From positions 1-44,120 of the forward strand of contig WFPZ01000017.1 of NCBI GenBank assembly GCA_015487335.1: 44,120 nt of DNA. Direction: 5' to 3'. The notes beneath the pieces were generated by a model that saw nothing but the letters and a program-made list of their open reading frames with translations, searched no databases and was not told the origin of the DNA. This stretch comes from Paracoccaceae bacterium (lineage in GTDB: Bacteria > Pseudomonadota > Alphaproteobacteria > Rhodobacterales > Rhodobacteraceae). A program made the position numbers and the translations under genes. Shown here piece after piece: positions 19,040 to 28,419 of this stretch (its first letter is position 1; each line of letters opens with the position of its first letter).

Positions 19040-20218
19040 ATGCTGCTTCGCGCGATCGACCGATTCTTCCGCCACGACGCCTCTGGCGGAGTTCTGCTCA
19101 TGCTCTCGGCCGTGGCCGCCCTCGTTGTGGCCAATTCCGGACTGCAGCCTGTCTATGACGCCATGCTGAACGCGAAACTGGCGCTCACGCTCAACGGCAG
19201 CGGGCTCGAAAAGCCGCTGGTGCTGTGGATCAACGACGGGCTGATGGCGATCTTCTTCTTCCTCATCGGGCTGGAGCTGAAACGCGAGATGCTGGAAGGG
19301 CGCCTGAAGAACCCGCGCGACGTGGTGCTGCCGGGAATGGCGGCTCTGGGCGGGATGCTCGCCCCGGCGCTGATCTACCTCACGCTCAACCTCGGCAATC
19401 CCGATACCGTGGGCGGCTGGGCCATTCCGGCGGCCACCGACATTGCCTTCGCTCTCGGGGTGCTTGCGCTGGTGGGCGACAGGGCGCCCCCGGCGCTGAA
19501 GGTCTTTCTGCTGACGCTGGCGATCCTCGACGACCTGGGCGCGATCGTGATCATCGCTCTGTTCTACACCGCCGAGCTGAAGCTTTCCTACCTTCTCCTG
19601 GCGCTGCTGCCGATGGCCGGGCTCTATCTGCTGAACAGGCTGCGCCTGCACCGGGTGGCCCCGTTCATCCTGCTTGGCGTGGTGCTGTGGGTGCTGGTGC
19701 TGAAATCGGGCGTGCACGCCACGCTGGCCGGGGTGGTGACGGCCTTCTTCATCCCGATGACCGACAAATGGGGCAAGTCCCCCCTGCACGCGCTTGAAAA
19801 CGCCCTGGCGCCCTATGTGCTCTACCTGATCGTGCCGATCTTCGCCTTCGCCAATGCCGGCGTGGTGCTGGAGGGAATCTCGGTGGCCGGGCTGCTGGCG
19901 CCGCTGCCGCTGGGCATCGCGCTGGGGCTCGTGGCGGGCAAGCAGATCGGGGTGTTCGCGGCCAGCTGGGCGATCGTGAAGCTGGGCTGGGCGCGGCTGC
20001 CGCACGGGGTGGGCTGGCTGCACATCTATGGCGTGGCCTGCCTGGCGGGGATCGGCTTCACCATGTCGCTGTTCATCGGGGCGCTCAGCTTCGAGGATCC
20101 GGAGCTGATGAACCAGGTGCGGCTGGGGGTGATGACCGGCTCGCTGATCTCGGCCGTCGTGGGCTTCACGGTGCTGCGCACGGTCGGCCTGCGCGAGCCG
20201 CTGCCACAGGAAGGCTGA
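19040..20218 (+). CDS. nhaA: Na+/H+ antiporter NhaA (392 aa)
   Basis: WINDGLMAIFFFLIGLELKRE and AIPAATDIAFALGVL signature motifs. About 12 TM segments. Confidence 0.9.
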   Translation: MLLRAIDRFFRHDASGGVLLMLSAVAALVVANSGLQPVYDAMLNAKLALTLNGSGLEKPLVLWINDGLMAIFFFLIGLELKREMLEGRLKNPRDVVLPGMAALGGMLAPALIYLTLNLGNPDTVGGWAIPAATDIAFALGVLALVGDRAPPALKVFLLTLAILDDLGAIVIIALFYTAELKLSYLLLALLPMAGLYLLNRLRLHRVAPFILLGVVLWVLVLKSGVHATLAGVVTAFFIPMTDKWGKSPLHALENALAPYVLYLIVPIFAFANAGVVLEGISVAGLLAPLPLGIALGLVAGKQIGVFAASWAIVKLGWARLPHGVGWLHIYGVACLAGIGFTMSLFIGALSFEDPELMNQVRLGVMTGSLISAVVGFTVLRTVGLREPLPQEG

Positions 20219-20323
20219 ACCCGGTCGGGCGGGGCCTTTCCCGGCCGAAGAAGAGAAAACATGGGCCGCTTGCACCCGGCGGGGCCTGCGGCCTATGTCT
20301 GGGCGACAACAGACGAGGTTCAG

Positions 20324-22147
20324 ATGTCTTCACGCTTTCCTTCCCCCGTTTTCGACGCCGACGCCAGCGGCGGGCGCGATCTCGGCCCCCTGCCCGAGTG
20401 GGATCTTTCCGATCTCTACCCCGCCCCCGACGACCCGCAGATCGAGCGGGACATGGCCTGGCTGGAAGAGGCCTGCGCCAGTTTCGCGGCCGACTACGAA
20501 GGCCGGCTGGCCGATCTCGATGCCGAGGGGATGCTGGAATGCGTGCAGCGCTACGAACGCATCGAGACGGTGGCCGGGCGGATCATGTCCTATGCGGGGC
20601 TGCGCTACTACCAGAACACCACCGATGCCGAGCGCGCCAAGTTCATGTCCGACTGTCAGGACAGGGTGACCGCCCACACCACGCCGCTGGTGTTCTTCTC
20701 GCTGGAGGTCAACCGCCTCGACGACGAGGCGCTGGACGCGATGCTGGCCCGTAGCCCCGGGCTGGCCCATTACCGGCGCATGTTCGAGCGGCTGCGCGCC
20801 ATGCGGCCCTACCAGCTCTCGGACGAGCTGGAGAAGTTCCTGCACGATCATTCCGTGGTCGGCGCCGCGGCCTGGAACAAGCTGTTCGACGAAACCGTCG
20901 CCGGGCTTGAATTCACCATCGACGGCGAGGCGCTGAACCTGGAGGCCACGCTCAACCTGCTTACCGAGCAGCAGCGCGACCGGCGCGAGGCCGCGGCGCG
21001 CGAGCTGGCGCGCGTCTTCGGCGCCAACATCAAGCTGTTCGCCCGCGTCCACAACACGCTGACCAAGGAAAAGGAGATCGAGGACCGCTGGCGCGGAATG
21101 CCCAGCCCGCAGACCGCGCGCCACCTGTCCAACGACGTGGAGCCCGAGGTCGTCGAGGCGCTGCGCAACGCGGTGGTTGCCGCCTATCCTCAGCTGAGCC
21201 ACCGCTACTACGAGCTCAAGCGCAGATGGCTGGGCCTCGACAAGCTGGAGGTGTGGGACCGCAACGCCCCCCTGCCGATGGAGGACACCCGCATCATCGG
21301 CTGGGAGGAGGCCACCGAGACGGTGCTGCAGGCCTATGCTTCCTTCTCGCCGGAAATGGCCGATATCGCGCGGCCCTTCTTCGAGCGCGGCTGGATCGAT
21401 GCCGCGGTCAAGCCCGGCAAGGCGCCCGGCGCCTTCGCCCATCCCACGGTGACCGAGGCCCACCCCTACGTGATGCTCAACTACCTCGGCAAGCCGCGCG
21501 ACGTGATGACGCTGGCCCACGAGCTGGGCCACGGGGTGCACCAGGTGCTGGCCGCCGGACAGGGAGAGCTGATGGCCTCCACCCCGCTGACGCTTGCCGA
21601 AACGGCTTCCGTCTTCGGCGAGATGCTCACCTTCCGCAAGCTCCTGGAGGGGGCGGAAACCACCGACGAGCGGCGCGTGCTGCTGGCCGGCAAGGTGGAG
21701 GACATGATCAACACCGTGGTGCGTCAGATCGCCTTCTACGACTTCGAGTGCAAGCTGCACGAGGCGCGCCGCGCCGGCGAGCTGACCCCCGACGACATCA
21801 ACGCCCTGTGGATGAGCGTGCAGGCCGAAAGCCTCGGGCCGGCCTTCAACTTCATGGAGGGCTACGAGACCTTCTGGGCCTATATCCCGCATTTCGTCCA
21901 CTCGCCCTTCTACGTCTACGCCTATGCCTTCGGCGACGGGCTGGTGAACGCCCTCTACGCCGCCTACGAGGAGGGCGACCCGGAATTCCAGAAGAAATAC
22001 TTCGAGATGCTGCGGGCGGGCGGCTCGCGCCATCACCGCGAGCTGCTGGCCCCCTTCGGGCTGGATGCCTCCGATCCGGCGTTCTGGGACAAGGGGCTGG
22101 GCATGATCTCGGGGATGATCGACGAGCTGGAGGCGATGGAAGGCTGA
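20324..22147 (+). CDS. pepF: Oligoendopeptidase F family (M3B metallopeptidase), 607 aa
   Basis: Zinc motif HELGHGVH; overall M3 layout and length. Confidence 0.85.
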   Translation: MSSRFPSPVFDADASGGRDLGPLPEWDLSDLYPAPDDPQIERDMAWLEEACASFAADYEGRLADLDAEGMLECVQRYERIETVAGRIMSYAGLRYYQNTTDAERAKFMSDCQDRVTAHTTPLVFFSLEVNRLDDEALDAMLARSPGLAHYRRMFERLRAMRPYQLSDELEKFLHDHSVVGAAAWNKLFDETVAGLEFTIDGEALNLEATLNLLTEQQRDRREAAARELARVFGANIKLFARVHNTLTKEKEIEDRWRGMPSPQTARHLSNDVEPEVVEALRNAVVAAYPQLSHRYYELKRRWLGLDKLEVWDRNAPLPMEDTRIIGWEEATETVLQAYASFSPEMADIARPFFERGWIDAAVKPGKAPGAFAHPTVTEAHPYVMLNYLGKPRDVMTLAHELGHGVHQVLAAGQGELMASTPLTLAETASVFGEMLTFRKLLEGAETTDERRVLLAGKVEDMINTVVRQIAFYDFECKLHEARRAGELTPDDINALWMSVQAESLGPAFNFMEGYETFWAYIPHFVHSPFYVYAYAFGDGLVNALYAAYEEGDPEFQKKYFEMLRAGGSRHHRELLAPFGLDASDPAFWDKGLGMISGMIDELEAMEG

Positions 22148-22238
22148 GCCCGCGCGCCCCTGCCCTCCTCTTGGCCGCGGGGCCGGGGTGGCATAACCTG
22201 CGGCGCCGAAACAACGCCGAAACAGGGGAGATCGGGCA

Positions 22239-23411
22239 ATGCGCAGATTCGGCAAGTGGCTCGGGCGGCTGCTGGTGGTGCTGGCACTGGGGCTGGCCGC
22301 ATTCTTCATCTTCGCCCCGGCCTGGGTGGAGAAAAGCCGCAACCAGGTGGTGCAGGAGGCGCCCTGGCCGGTCTCCGACAAGGCGCGCGCCCTGCACGAA
22401 AGCCTGCTGATCGGCGACTGGCACGCCGATTCGCTGCTGTGGAACCGCGATCTGTCGCAGCGCGGCAGCTACGGGCAGGTGGACATCCCCCGCCTGCAGG
22501 AGGGCAATGTCGCCATCCAGGTGTTCACCGCCGTCACCAAGAGCCCCAGGGGCCTCAACTACGAGCACAACGACCCGGACGCCTTCGACAACATCACCCT
22601 GCTTGCCTTCGGCCAGCTGTGGCCGCCGCGCACCTGGACCAGCCTGCTGGAGCGCGCCCTCTACCAGGCCGACAAGCTGCGCCGGGTGGAGGAGGCATCG
22701 CCCGACGCGCTGAAGGTGGTGCGCTCGCGCGCGGCGCTGGAAGAGGTGCTGATACGCCGCCAGCAGGGCGAGAACGTGGTCGCCGGCCTCCTGGGCCTTG
22801 AAGGCGCGCACCCGCTGGAGGGCCGGCTGGAAAACCTCGACCTGCTGGAAGCCGCCGGCTACCGGGTGGTCGGGCTGCAGCATTTCTTCGACAACGAACT
22901 GGGCGGCACCCTGCACTCGCGCGAAAACAACGGCCTGACGGACTTCGGCCGCCAGGTGGTGGCCGAGGTCGAGGCCCGGGGCATGGTGCTCGATCTGGCC
23001 CATTCCTCCACCGCGGTGGCGCGCGAGGTACTGGACATCACCGACATGCCGGTCATCGTCAGCCACACCGGCATCTTCGGGAAATGCCCCACCAGGCGGA
23101 ACTATCCCGACGAGCTGATGAAGCAGATCGCCGCCACCGGCGGGGTGATCGGCATCGGCTACTGGAAGGAGGCGGTCTGCGACGACAGCCCCGCCGGGAT
23201 CGCCGCCATGATCAAGGCCGCCATCGAGCTTCTGGGCGAGGATGCGGTCTCGCTCGGCTCCGATTTCGACGGTTCGGTGAAAACCACATTCGACACCTCG
23301 CAGCTGGCCGCCCTGACCCAGGCGATGCTGGATGCGGGGCTGAGCGAGGCGCAGATCCGCAAGGTGGCGGGCGAAAACATGCTGCGGGTGCTGCGCGCCC
23401 GGCTGAAATAG
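22239..23411 (+). CDS. Membrane-anchored dipeptidase (M19 family), 390 aa
   Basis: N-terminal TM anchor, DWHADSLLW, DLAHSS and VIVSHTG motifs typical of renal-type dipeptidases. Confidence 0.8.
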   Translation: MRRFGKWLGRLLVVLALGLAAFFIFAPAWVEKSRNQVVQEAPWPVSDKARALHESLLIGDWHADSLLWNRDLSQRGSYGQVDIPRLQEGNVAIQVFTAVTKSPRGLNYEHNDPDAFDNITLLAFGQLWPPRTWTSLLERALYQADKLRRVEEASPDALKVVRSRAALEEVLIRRQQGENVVAGLLGLEGAHPLEGRLENLDLLEAAGYRVVGLQHFFDNELGGTLHSRENNGLTDFGRQVVAEVEARGMVLDLAHSSTAVAREVLDITDMPVIVSHTGIFGKCPTRRNYPDELMKQIAATGGVIGIGYWKEAVCDDSPAGIAAMIKAAIELLGEDAVSLGSDFDGSVKTTFDTSQLAALTQAMLDAGLSEAQIRKVAGENMLRVLRARLK

Positions 23412-23584
23412 ACCGCCACGGCGCGCGAATTTCCCGCACCCGCCCGGCCACCCGCCCTGGATGCCGGTTCGGGGTTTGCGTCTGCCTTTCTTTCCAGAAG
23501 GTCACAGGCCGGCAGAAATGGCCGCCGGTCCGGCTTTCATCACGAAGGAATCTTCGTCACTGCCATGGCAGGCCCGGGCGGCCG

Positions 23585-23890
23585 TCAATTCCATTTCGCC
23601 CAGGGGAAGGGCTTGTCATCGCTGCGTCCGGTCTGAAACCGCGCCACCGCCGCCAGCCAGTTCGCCAGCGGCTCTCCGAAATCGGCGATGAACCTGTTCC
23701 TTTCCCCGGCAAACAGAAGCCACAGGAACTGCAGCAGCGCCAGGGCCAGCAGAACGGTCTCGGCCACGGCGAACAGCGCCGCGAAGACCAGCATCTGCAC
23801 ACCCCGGATCCACACCCTCCGGTCCTTCCAGAAAGGCCCGGAAAGGCCATCCGGCGTTGCCTGTCGGGCATGTCCTGCCTCGATGCTCAT
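23585..23890 (-). CDS. Small membrane protein (DUF4389-like), 101 aa
   Basis: Two hydrophobic helices (VQMLVFAALFAVAETVLLALALLQFLWLLF) and a conserved-looking C-terminal tail. The family call is tentative. Confidence 0.5.
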   Translation of the reverse strand: MSIEAGHARQATPDGLSGPFWKDRRVWIRGVQMLVFAALFAVAETVLLALALLQFLWLLFAGERNRFIADFGEPLANWLAAVARFQTGRSDDKPFPWAKWN

Positions 23891-23925
23891 GATTCGTCCC
23901 CTCCTTTCCGTTCCCGTCCGGAAGC

Positions 23926-24369
23926 TCAGAAAACGATATGATCCTCGAAGTGGCGGGGCAGATCGGCCACCGGCACCTTCAGCAGATCCTTGCTCAGATC
24001 CGCCACGAGGTTGGACATCAGTTCGCCGTCCAGCCGCTCGCGCAGCAGCCCCAGCATCTTGGGCGGGGCGGCCAGCACCAGCCGGTCATAGGAGCCGCGG
24101 CGCCACAGCTCCTGCGCGGTCTCGGCAACGCGGCGGGCAAACAGCTCGCGCTCCTGGATTTCCTCGGCATGGCGCGACCCGACCGCATGCTGCGCCATCC
24201 CCGGCGCGGCGCGCGAGCGGCCACGGTCATCGGCATATTCCACGTCGATCCCGGCCTCTTCGGCGCTGATTTCCTTCAACTCGCTCAGCCCCTTGCCGAT
24301 GCCGCGGTTGACCAGAAAGCGCGCGCCCCTGTCATCGGCCAGGATCACCAGAGTCTCGGTCGGTTTCAT
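23926..24369 (-). CDS. Host-attachment-protein family protein (eRF1-like fold), 147 aa
   Basis: MKPTETLVILADDRGARFLVN and DRLVLAAPPKMLGLLRERL match the alphaproteobacterial host attachment protein family, from memory. Confidence 0.6.
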   Translation of the reverse strand: MKPTETLVILADDRGARFLVNRGIGKGLSELKEISAEEAGIDVEYADDRGRSRAAPGMAQHAVGSRHAEEIQERELFARRVAETAQELWRRGSYDRLVLAAPPKMLGLLRERLDGELMSNLVADLSKDLLKVPVADLPRHFEDHIVF

Positions 24370-24469
24370 GTCGTTCCCCCAAAGATCGGTCTGCCTGAAC
24401 TCACGAATTCATACTGGCAACGAGCCGCCGCCCGGTCCTTGACCTTGCTCAATCATGCCGGCATCGGGC

Positions 24470-25366
24470 TCAGGCGGTTTCGAGCATCCCCTTCTCTGCC
24501 GCCAGTTCGCGCATGCGCTTTTGCAGCTTCTCGAAGGCGCGCACCTCGATCTGGCGGATACGCTCCCGGCTGACGCCATACTGGCCGGAAAGCTCTTCCA
24601 GGGTCACCGGCTGGTCCCTGAGCCGGCGTTGCACGAGGATGTCCTTTTCGCGCTCGTTCAGCACGTCCATGGCCTCGGCCAGCAGCTCGCGACGGGTTTC
24701 CAGCTCGTCGCGCTCCTCGTACTGGGCGGCCTGGTCGGCGCTTTCGTCCTCGAGCCAGTCCTGCCACTGGGTCGAGCTGTCGCCGTCGGACCCCACCATC
24801 ACGTTGAGCGAGGCATCGCCCCCCGACAGGCGGCGGTTCATCGAAACCACCTCGTCCTCGGTCACGCCCAGATCGGAGGCGATCTGCTTCACCTTGTCGG
24901 GGTGCAGGTCGCCGTCTTCAAGCGCGCCGATGCGCGCCTTGGCCTTGCGCAGGTTGAAAAACAGCTTCTTCTGGGCGCTCGTGGTGCCCAGCTTGACCAG
25001 AGACCACGAGCGCAGGATGTATTCCTGGATCGCGGCACGGATCCACCACATGGCATAGGTGGCCAGACGAAAGCCCTTGTCGGGATCGAAGCGCTTGACC
25101 GCCTGCATCAGGCCCACGTTGGCCTCGGAAATCACCTCGGCCTGGGGCAGGCCGTAGCCGCGGTAGCCCATGGCGATCTTGGCCGCCAGCCGCAGATGGC
25201 TGGTGACAAGCTTGTGCGCGGCCGAGGTATCGCCATGATCGACCCAGCGCTTGGCCAGCATGTATTCCTCCTCCGGCTCCAGCATCGGGAACTTGCGAAT
25301 CTCCTGCAGATACCGGTTGAGGCCCTGTTCCGGCGACGGCGCCGGAAGATTGTTGAAATTGCCCAT
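24470..25366 (-). CDS. rpoH: RNA polymerase sigma-32 factor RpoH (298 aa)
   Basis: RpoH box region QEYILRSWSLVKLGTTSAQKKLFFNLRK, plus sigma-70 regions 2 and 4. Confidence 0.93.
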   Translation of the reverse strand: MGNFNNLPAPSPEQGLNRYLQEIRKFPMLEPEEEYMLAKRWVDHGDTSAAHKLVTSHLRLAAKIAMGYRGYGLPQAEVISEANVGLMQAVKRFDPDKGFRLATYAMWWIRAAIQEYILRSWSLVKLGTTSAQKKLFFNLRKAKARIGALEDGDLHPDKVKQIASDLGVTEDEVVSMNRRLSGGDASLNVMVGSDGDSSTQWQDWLEDESADQAAQYEERDELETRRELLAEAMDVLNEREKDILVQRRLRDQPVTLEELSGQYGVSRERIRQIEVRAFEKLQKRMRELAAEKGMLETA

Positions 25367-25413
25367 GAAAGCTCTGCCCTCTCCTTGCCCCGAAACGCCG
25401 GGGCCGAATTTCG

Positions 25414-25441
25414 ATATGGTGGCCCGAACCTGCCCTTCAAG
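25414..25441 (-). promoter_or_regulatory. Sigma-32-type promoter upstream of rpoH
   Basis: Minus strand reads CTTGAA (25441-25436), a 14-nt spacer, then CACCATAT (25421-25414). The consensus is CTTGAA-N13-15-CCCCATNT. It lies 48 nt upstream of the rpoH ATG. Confidence 0.55.
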
Positions 25442-25548
25442 ACCGGTTAGCGCCTATACCTTACCATAATGATAAGAAATTGCCATGGCCGGCGGGATAT
25501 TGTTTCGATTCATCACCCTGGCCTGCCAGAGGGCGCAAGAGGGCCCGC

Positions 25549-26580
25549 TCAGCCCCCTTCGCGCAGCACCCCCGCCAGGGCGGCCATGTCGGGGGGCATC
25601 TCCGCCTCGAAGCGCAGGGCCTCGCCGCTGACCGGATGGACGAATCCCAGCACCGCGGCATGCAGCGCCTGGCGAGGAAACCGCGCCGCCGCCCGTGCCG
25701 CCGCCTCGCCCACCGCCGCCGCCTTCAGCCTGCGCCGCCCGCCGTAAACCGGATCGCCGATCAGCCCGTGGCCGGCATGGGCCAGATGCACCCGTATCTG
25801 ATGAGTGCGCCCGGTTTCCAGCCGGCACTCCACCAGCGCTGCCGCCGGGGGCTGGCCGAAGCGCTCGCGCACCCGCACCCGCGTCACCGCGTGACGGCCG
25901 GCATCGAACAGCACCGCCTGGCGCTGGCGGTCGTGGCGATGGCGGGCCAGCCGGGTGGTGATCCGGATCAACCCGCCTGGCTCGAAGCTCACGCCCTTCA
26001 CCCCGCGCAGGCGCGGGTCGGCCGCATCGGGCACCCCGTGCACCAGCGCCAGGTAGGCCCGCTCGGCGCTGTGGGCCTCGAACTGGGCCGCCAGGGCGTG
26101 ATGGGCGCGGTCGGTCTTGGCCACCACCAGCAGCCCGCTGGTGTCCTTGTCGATACGGTGCACGATGCCCGGGCGCTTCTCGCCGCCCACGCCCGAGAGG
26201 CTCTCGCCGCAATGATGCAGAAGCGCGTTCACCAGCGTGCCCGAGGGCGTGCCCGGCGCGGGATGCACGACCATGCCGGCGGGCTTGTTGACGACGATCA
26301 GGTCGTCATCCTCGTGCACCACCTCCAGCGCGATGTCCTCGGGGCCGATATGGCTGGCGGCGGCCTCTTCGAGGGTGATCACGTATTCCTCGCCCTCGGC
26401 CACCCGCGCCCTGACATCCCTCACCGGCCGCCCGGCGCGCGAAACCGCCCCTTCGGCAATCAGCCGCGACAGGCGCGAGCGCGAAAGCGCCGCTTCCTCT
26501 GGCACGTCGCGCGCCAGTGCCTTATCAAGGCGGCGGGGCGGGTTTGGCCCGATGATGACCTTCAACTGCGAGGCCGGCAT
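25549..26580 (-). CDS. rluD: RluA/RluD-family 23S rRNA pseudouridine synthase (343 aa from ATG 26580)
   Basis: S4-like N-terminus (RLDKALARDV...), catalytic motif HRIDKDTSGLLVVAK, and HQIRVHLAH. Confidence 0.85.
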   Translation of the reverse strand: MPASQLKVIIGPNPPRRLDKALARDVPEEAALSRSRLSRLIAEGAVSRAGRPVRDVRARVAEGEEYVITLEEAAASHIGPEDIALEVVHEDDDLIVVNKPAGMVVHPAPGTPSGTLVNALLHHCGESLSGVGGEKRPGIVHRIDKDTSGLLVVAKTDRAHHALAAQFEAHSAERAYLALVHGVPDAADPRLRGVKGVSFEPGGLIRITTRLARHRHDRQRQAVLFDAGRHAVTRVRVRERFGQPPAAALVECRLETGRTHQIRVHLAHAGHGLIGDPVYGGRRRLKAAAVGEAAARAAARFPRQALHAAVLGFVHPVSGEALRFEAEMPPDMAALAGVLREGG

Positions 26581-26887
26581 GGACGAGGCTCCAATCTCCG
26601 AGGCAGAGGCGCGCAACCTGCGGTTCCTGCGCATCCTCGTCACCGTTCTGGCGGTGACCATGATCTTCGGCCTTCTAACCCTGGTCGGGCTGCTTGTCAT
26701 CCGCTTCTCCACCGCGCCCGCCCGGCTGGAACTGCCGGCCACCATCGCCCTGCCCGAGGGGGCCCGGCCGCTGGCCTTCACCCGCGGCGGCGACTGGTTC
26801 GCGGTGGTGACCGACGGCGATGAAATCCTGATCTTCGATGCCGCCTCGGGCGAGTTGCGCCAGCGGGTGCAAGTAAACGGCAAGTAG
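26579..26887 (+). CDS. Small single-TM protein (DUF6476-like), 102 aa
   Basis: MDEAPISEAEARNLRFLRILVTVLAVTMIFGLLTLVGLLVI: one TM helix followed by a small soluble domain. Divergent from the pseudouridine synthase gene. Confidence 0.55.
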   Translation: MDEAPISEAEARNLRFLRILVTVLAVTMIFGLLTLVGLLVIRFSTAPARLELPATIALPEGARPLAFTRGGDWFAVVTDGDEILIFDAASGELRQRVQVNGK

Positions 26888-26890
26888 CCG

Positions 26891-27364
26891 ATGCCCGATG
26901 CCCCGACGCTGGCCCTTCTGATCACCGCATCGGTCCTGCTGGACGGGCATTCCACGGTGCTGGCGCTGCGGGCCGGCCATGTGGAAGCCAACCCCTTCCT
27001 GCGGCGGGCCATGCATCGCGCGCCTTGGCGGGCCACCGCCGTGCTGTGGCTTGTGCTCTCCGGCATGCTGGGGGCCACGCAGGCCGCGCTGCGCACGGGG
27101 ATGATCGCGCCGGGCGGCCAGGTGCATCTGGGGGTCTTCCATTTCCTGACCGTGGCATCCGTGGCCAAGCTGCTGGCGGCGGCGAACAACTACCTGCTGG
27201 TGATGACGGGGGTCTCCCTGCCCGGCATGCTGCGCCGCCGCCTCGGGCGGCCCCGCTCGCGGCTGCTGGACATGCTGGTGCTCGTGGCGATCTTCCTGCC
27301 CCCGACCCTGCTGATCACCGAATGGCTGTTTCCACAATTCAGGGGGCTGCTGCTGCCGCACTGA
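26891..27364 (+). CDS. Hypothetical membrane protein (DUF5658-like), 157 aa
   Basis: Four hydrophobic segments and the LLDGHSTVLALRAGHVEANPF motif. The family call is tentative. Confidence 0.45.
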   Translation: MPDAPTLALLITASVLLDGHSTVLALRAGHVEANPFLRRAMHRAPWRATAVLWLVLSGMLGATQAALRTGMIAPGGQVHLGVFHFLTVASVAKLLAAANNYLLVMTGVSLPGMLRRRLGRPRSRLLDMLVLVAIFLPPTLLITEWLFPQFRGLLLPH

Positions 27365-27451
27365 AACAGGCGTGCGGCCAATCGCAGCCGCCAGGCCCGA
27401 GACGCGCGCGGCCAGCGCCCGGCCGGCGCCCGCTGTCGGCATGAGAAAGGG

Positions 27452-27528
27452 TGGTACCGCCTCCCCGGCTTGAACGGGGGACCTCTGGATCCACAATCCA
27501 GCGCTCTAACCAACTGAGCTAAGGCGGC
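27452..27528 (-). tRNA. tRNA-His(GTG), alphaproteobacterial type without G-1
   Basis: The minus strand folds as a cloverleaf. Acceptor GCCGCCU/AGGCGGU (G1.U72), D-arm GCUC-AGUUGGUUA-GAGC, anticodon arm CUGGA-UUGUGGA-UCCAG, T-arm CCCCG-UUCAAGC-CGGGG, then A73 and encoded CCA. The base 5' of G1 is T. Confidence 0.9.
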
Positions 27529-27539
27529 ACTTGAGGGGC

Positions 27540-27568
27540 GATTTACCGGTGCCGCCCACCGATTGCAA
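27540..27568 (-). promoter_or_regulatory. Sigma-70-type promoter for tRNA-His
   Basis: Minus strand reads TTGCAA (27568-27563), a 17-nt spacer, then TAAATC (27545-27540). It sits ~11 nt upstream of the mature 5' end. Confidence 0.5.
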
Positions 27569-27660
27569 GGGCCGGGTTGGGCGGGCGTGCAATTCGCGCC
27601 CCCTTGCGGGCCTGGCGCGAACGCGCTACCCCGCGCCGGTCAACAGAAAATGGCGGACAC

Positions 27661-27870
27661 ATGGGCATCGACAAGGAAAGCGACATCGCGGCCAATCTGC
27701 AGATCGGTCCGACAAGCCTCGGGATGGTGCGCCTCTACATCGAGGGCGAGGGCATCGAGCTGCCGCTCGACTTCGACCCGGACGAAGCCGAGGAGATCGC
27801 CGAGGAGATCCGCGCCGCCGCCGCCCGCGCCCGGACGATCATGGAAAAGGGCGCGAAGAAAAACAGCTGA
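27661..27870 (+). CDS. Small acidic hypothetical protein (69 aa)
   Basis: MGIDKESDIAANLQIGPTSLGMVRLYIEGEGIELPLDFDPDEAEEIAEEIRAAAARA. Coding-like composition, no recognised family. Its 3' end overlaps the convergent MmcB-like gene. Confidence 0.5.
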   Translation: MGIDKESDIAANLQIGPTSLGMVRLYIEGEGIELPLDFDPDEAEEIAEEIRAAAARARTIMEKGAKKNS

Positions 27871-28312
27871 TCCCCGGATCGCGCAGGGCCTGCAGACGGC
27901 CGGCGGCATGGCGGGCGAAGCGCTGCAGCAGCGCCCGGCGGCGGGATGGCGCCAGCCGCGCCTCGGGGCCCATGCGCAGGATCTCGGCGTCATGGCCGTC
28001 GGCGACGATCAGCCCGGTGTCTGCCGGCAGCAGCTCGGCGGGAAAATCCAGGCCCACCGCCCAGAAGTAGCGGTCGCACCAGGCCAGATAGCCGCGCCAT
28101 TTCGAATCGGCGCGGAAATCGGGCACCGAAGACTTGCACTCAACCACCCAGAACTCGCCCCTCGGACCCAGCGCCATCACATCCACCCGCAGCCCGCGCA
28201 CCGGAACGAATTCTTCCAGGCAGACAAAACCGTGCCCCGGCAGATGGCGGCAGACGCCGCGGGCCAACAGGCGACCGGGCGGCAGGGCGGAGGAATGGGC
28301 ATCCGGCAACAT
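27839..28312 (-). CDS. MmcB-family DNA repair protein (PD-(D/E)xK nuclease fold), 157 aa
   Basis: RVDVMALGPRGEFWVVECKSSVPDFRADSKWRGYLAWCDRYFWAV contains the D...ExK core. Family assigned from memory. Confidence 0.65.
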   Translation of the reverse strand: MLPDAHSSALPPGRLLARGVCRHLPGHGFVCLEEFVPVRGLRVDVMALGPRGEFWVVECKSSVPDFRADSKWRGYLAWCDRYFWAVGLDFPAELLPADTGLIVADGHDAEILRMGPEARLAPSRRRALLQRFARHAAGRLQALRDPGISCFSSRPFP

Positions 28313-28384
28313 GGGGAAACAATGAACGAACGGTGAACGAAGGGCAAGGTCCCCGCACGTCATCGCCCGCCGTCCCGCCGGCGC

Positions 28385-28413
28385 GGCGATTGCCCTTGCC
28401 CGCGGGCGCGCCA
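28385..28413 (+). promoter_or_regulatory. Sigma-32/RpoH-type promoter-like element with no protein-coding gene downstream
   Basis: CTTGCC (28385-28390), a 15-nt spacer, then CCCTATCT (28406-28413). This matches 7 of 8 positions of the CCCCATNT box. Confidence 0.4.
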
Positions 28414-28419
28414 GGCCCT

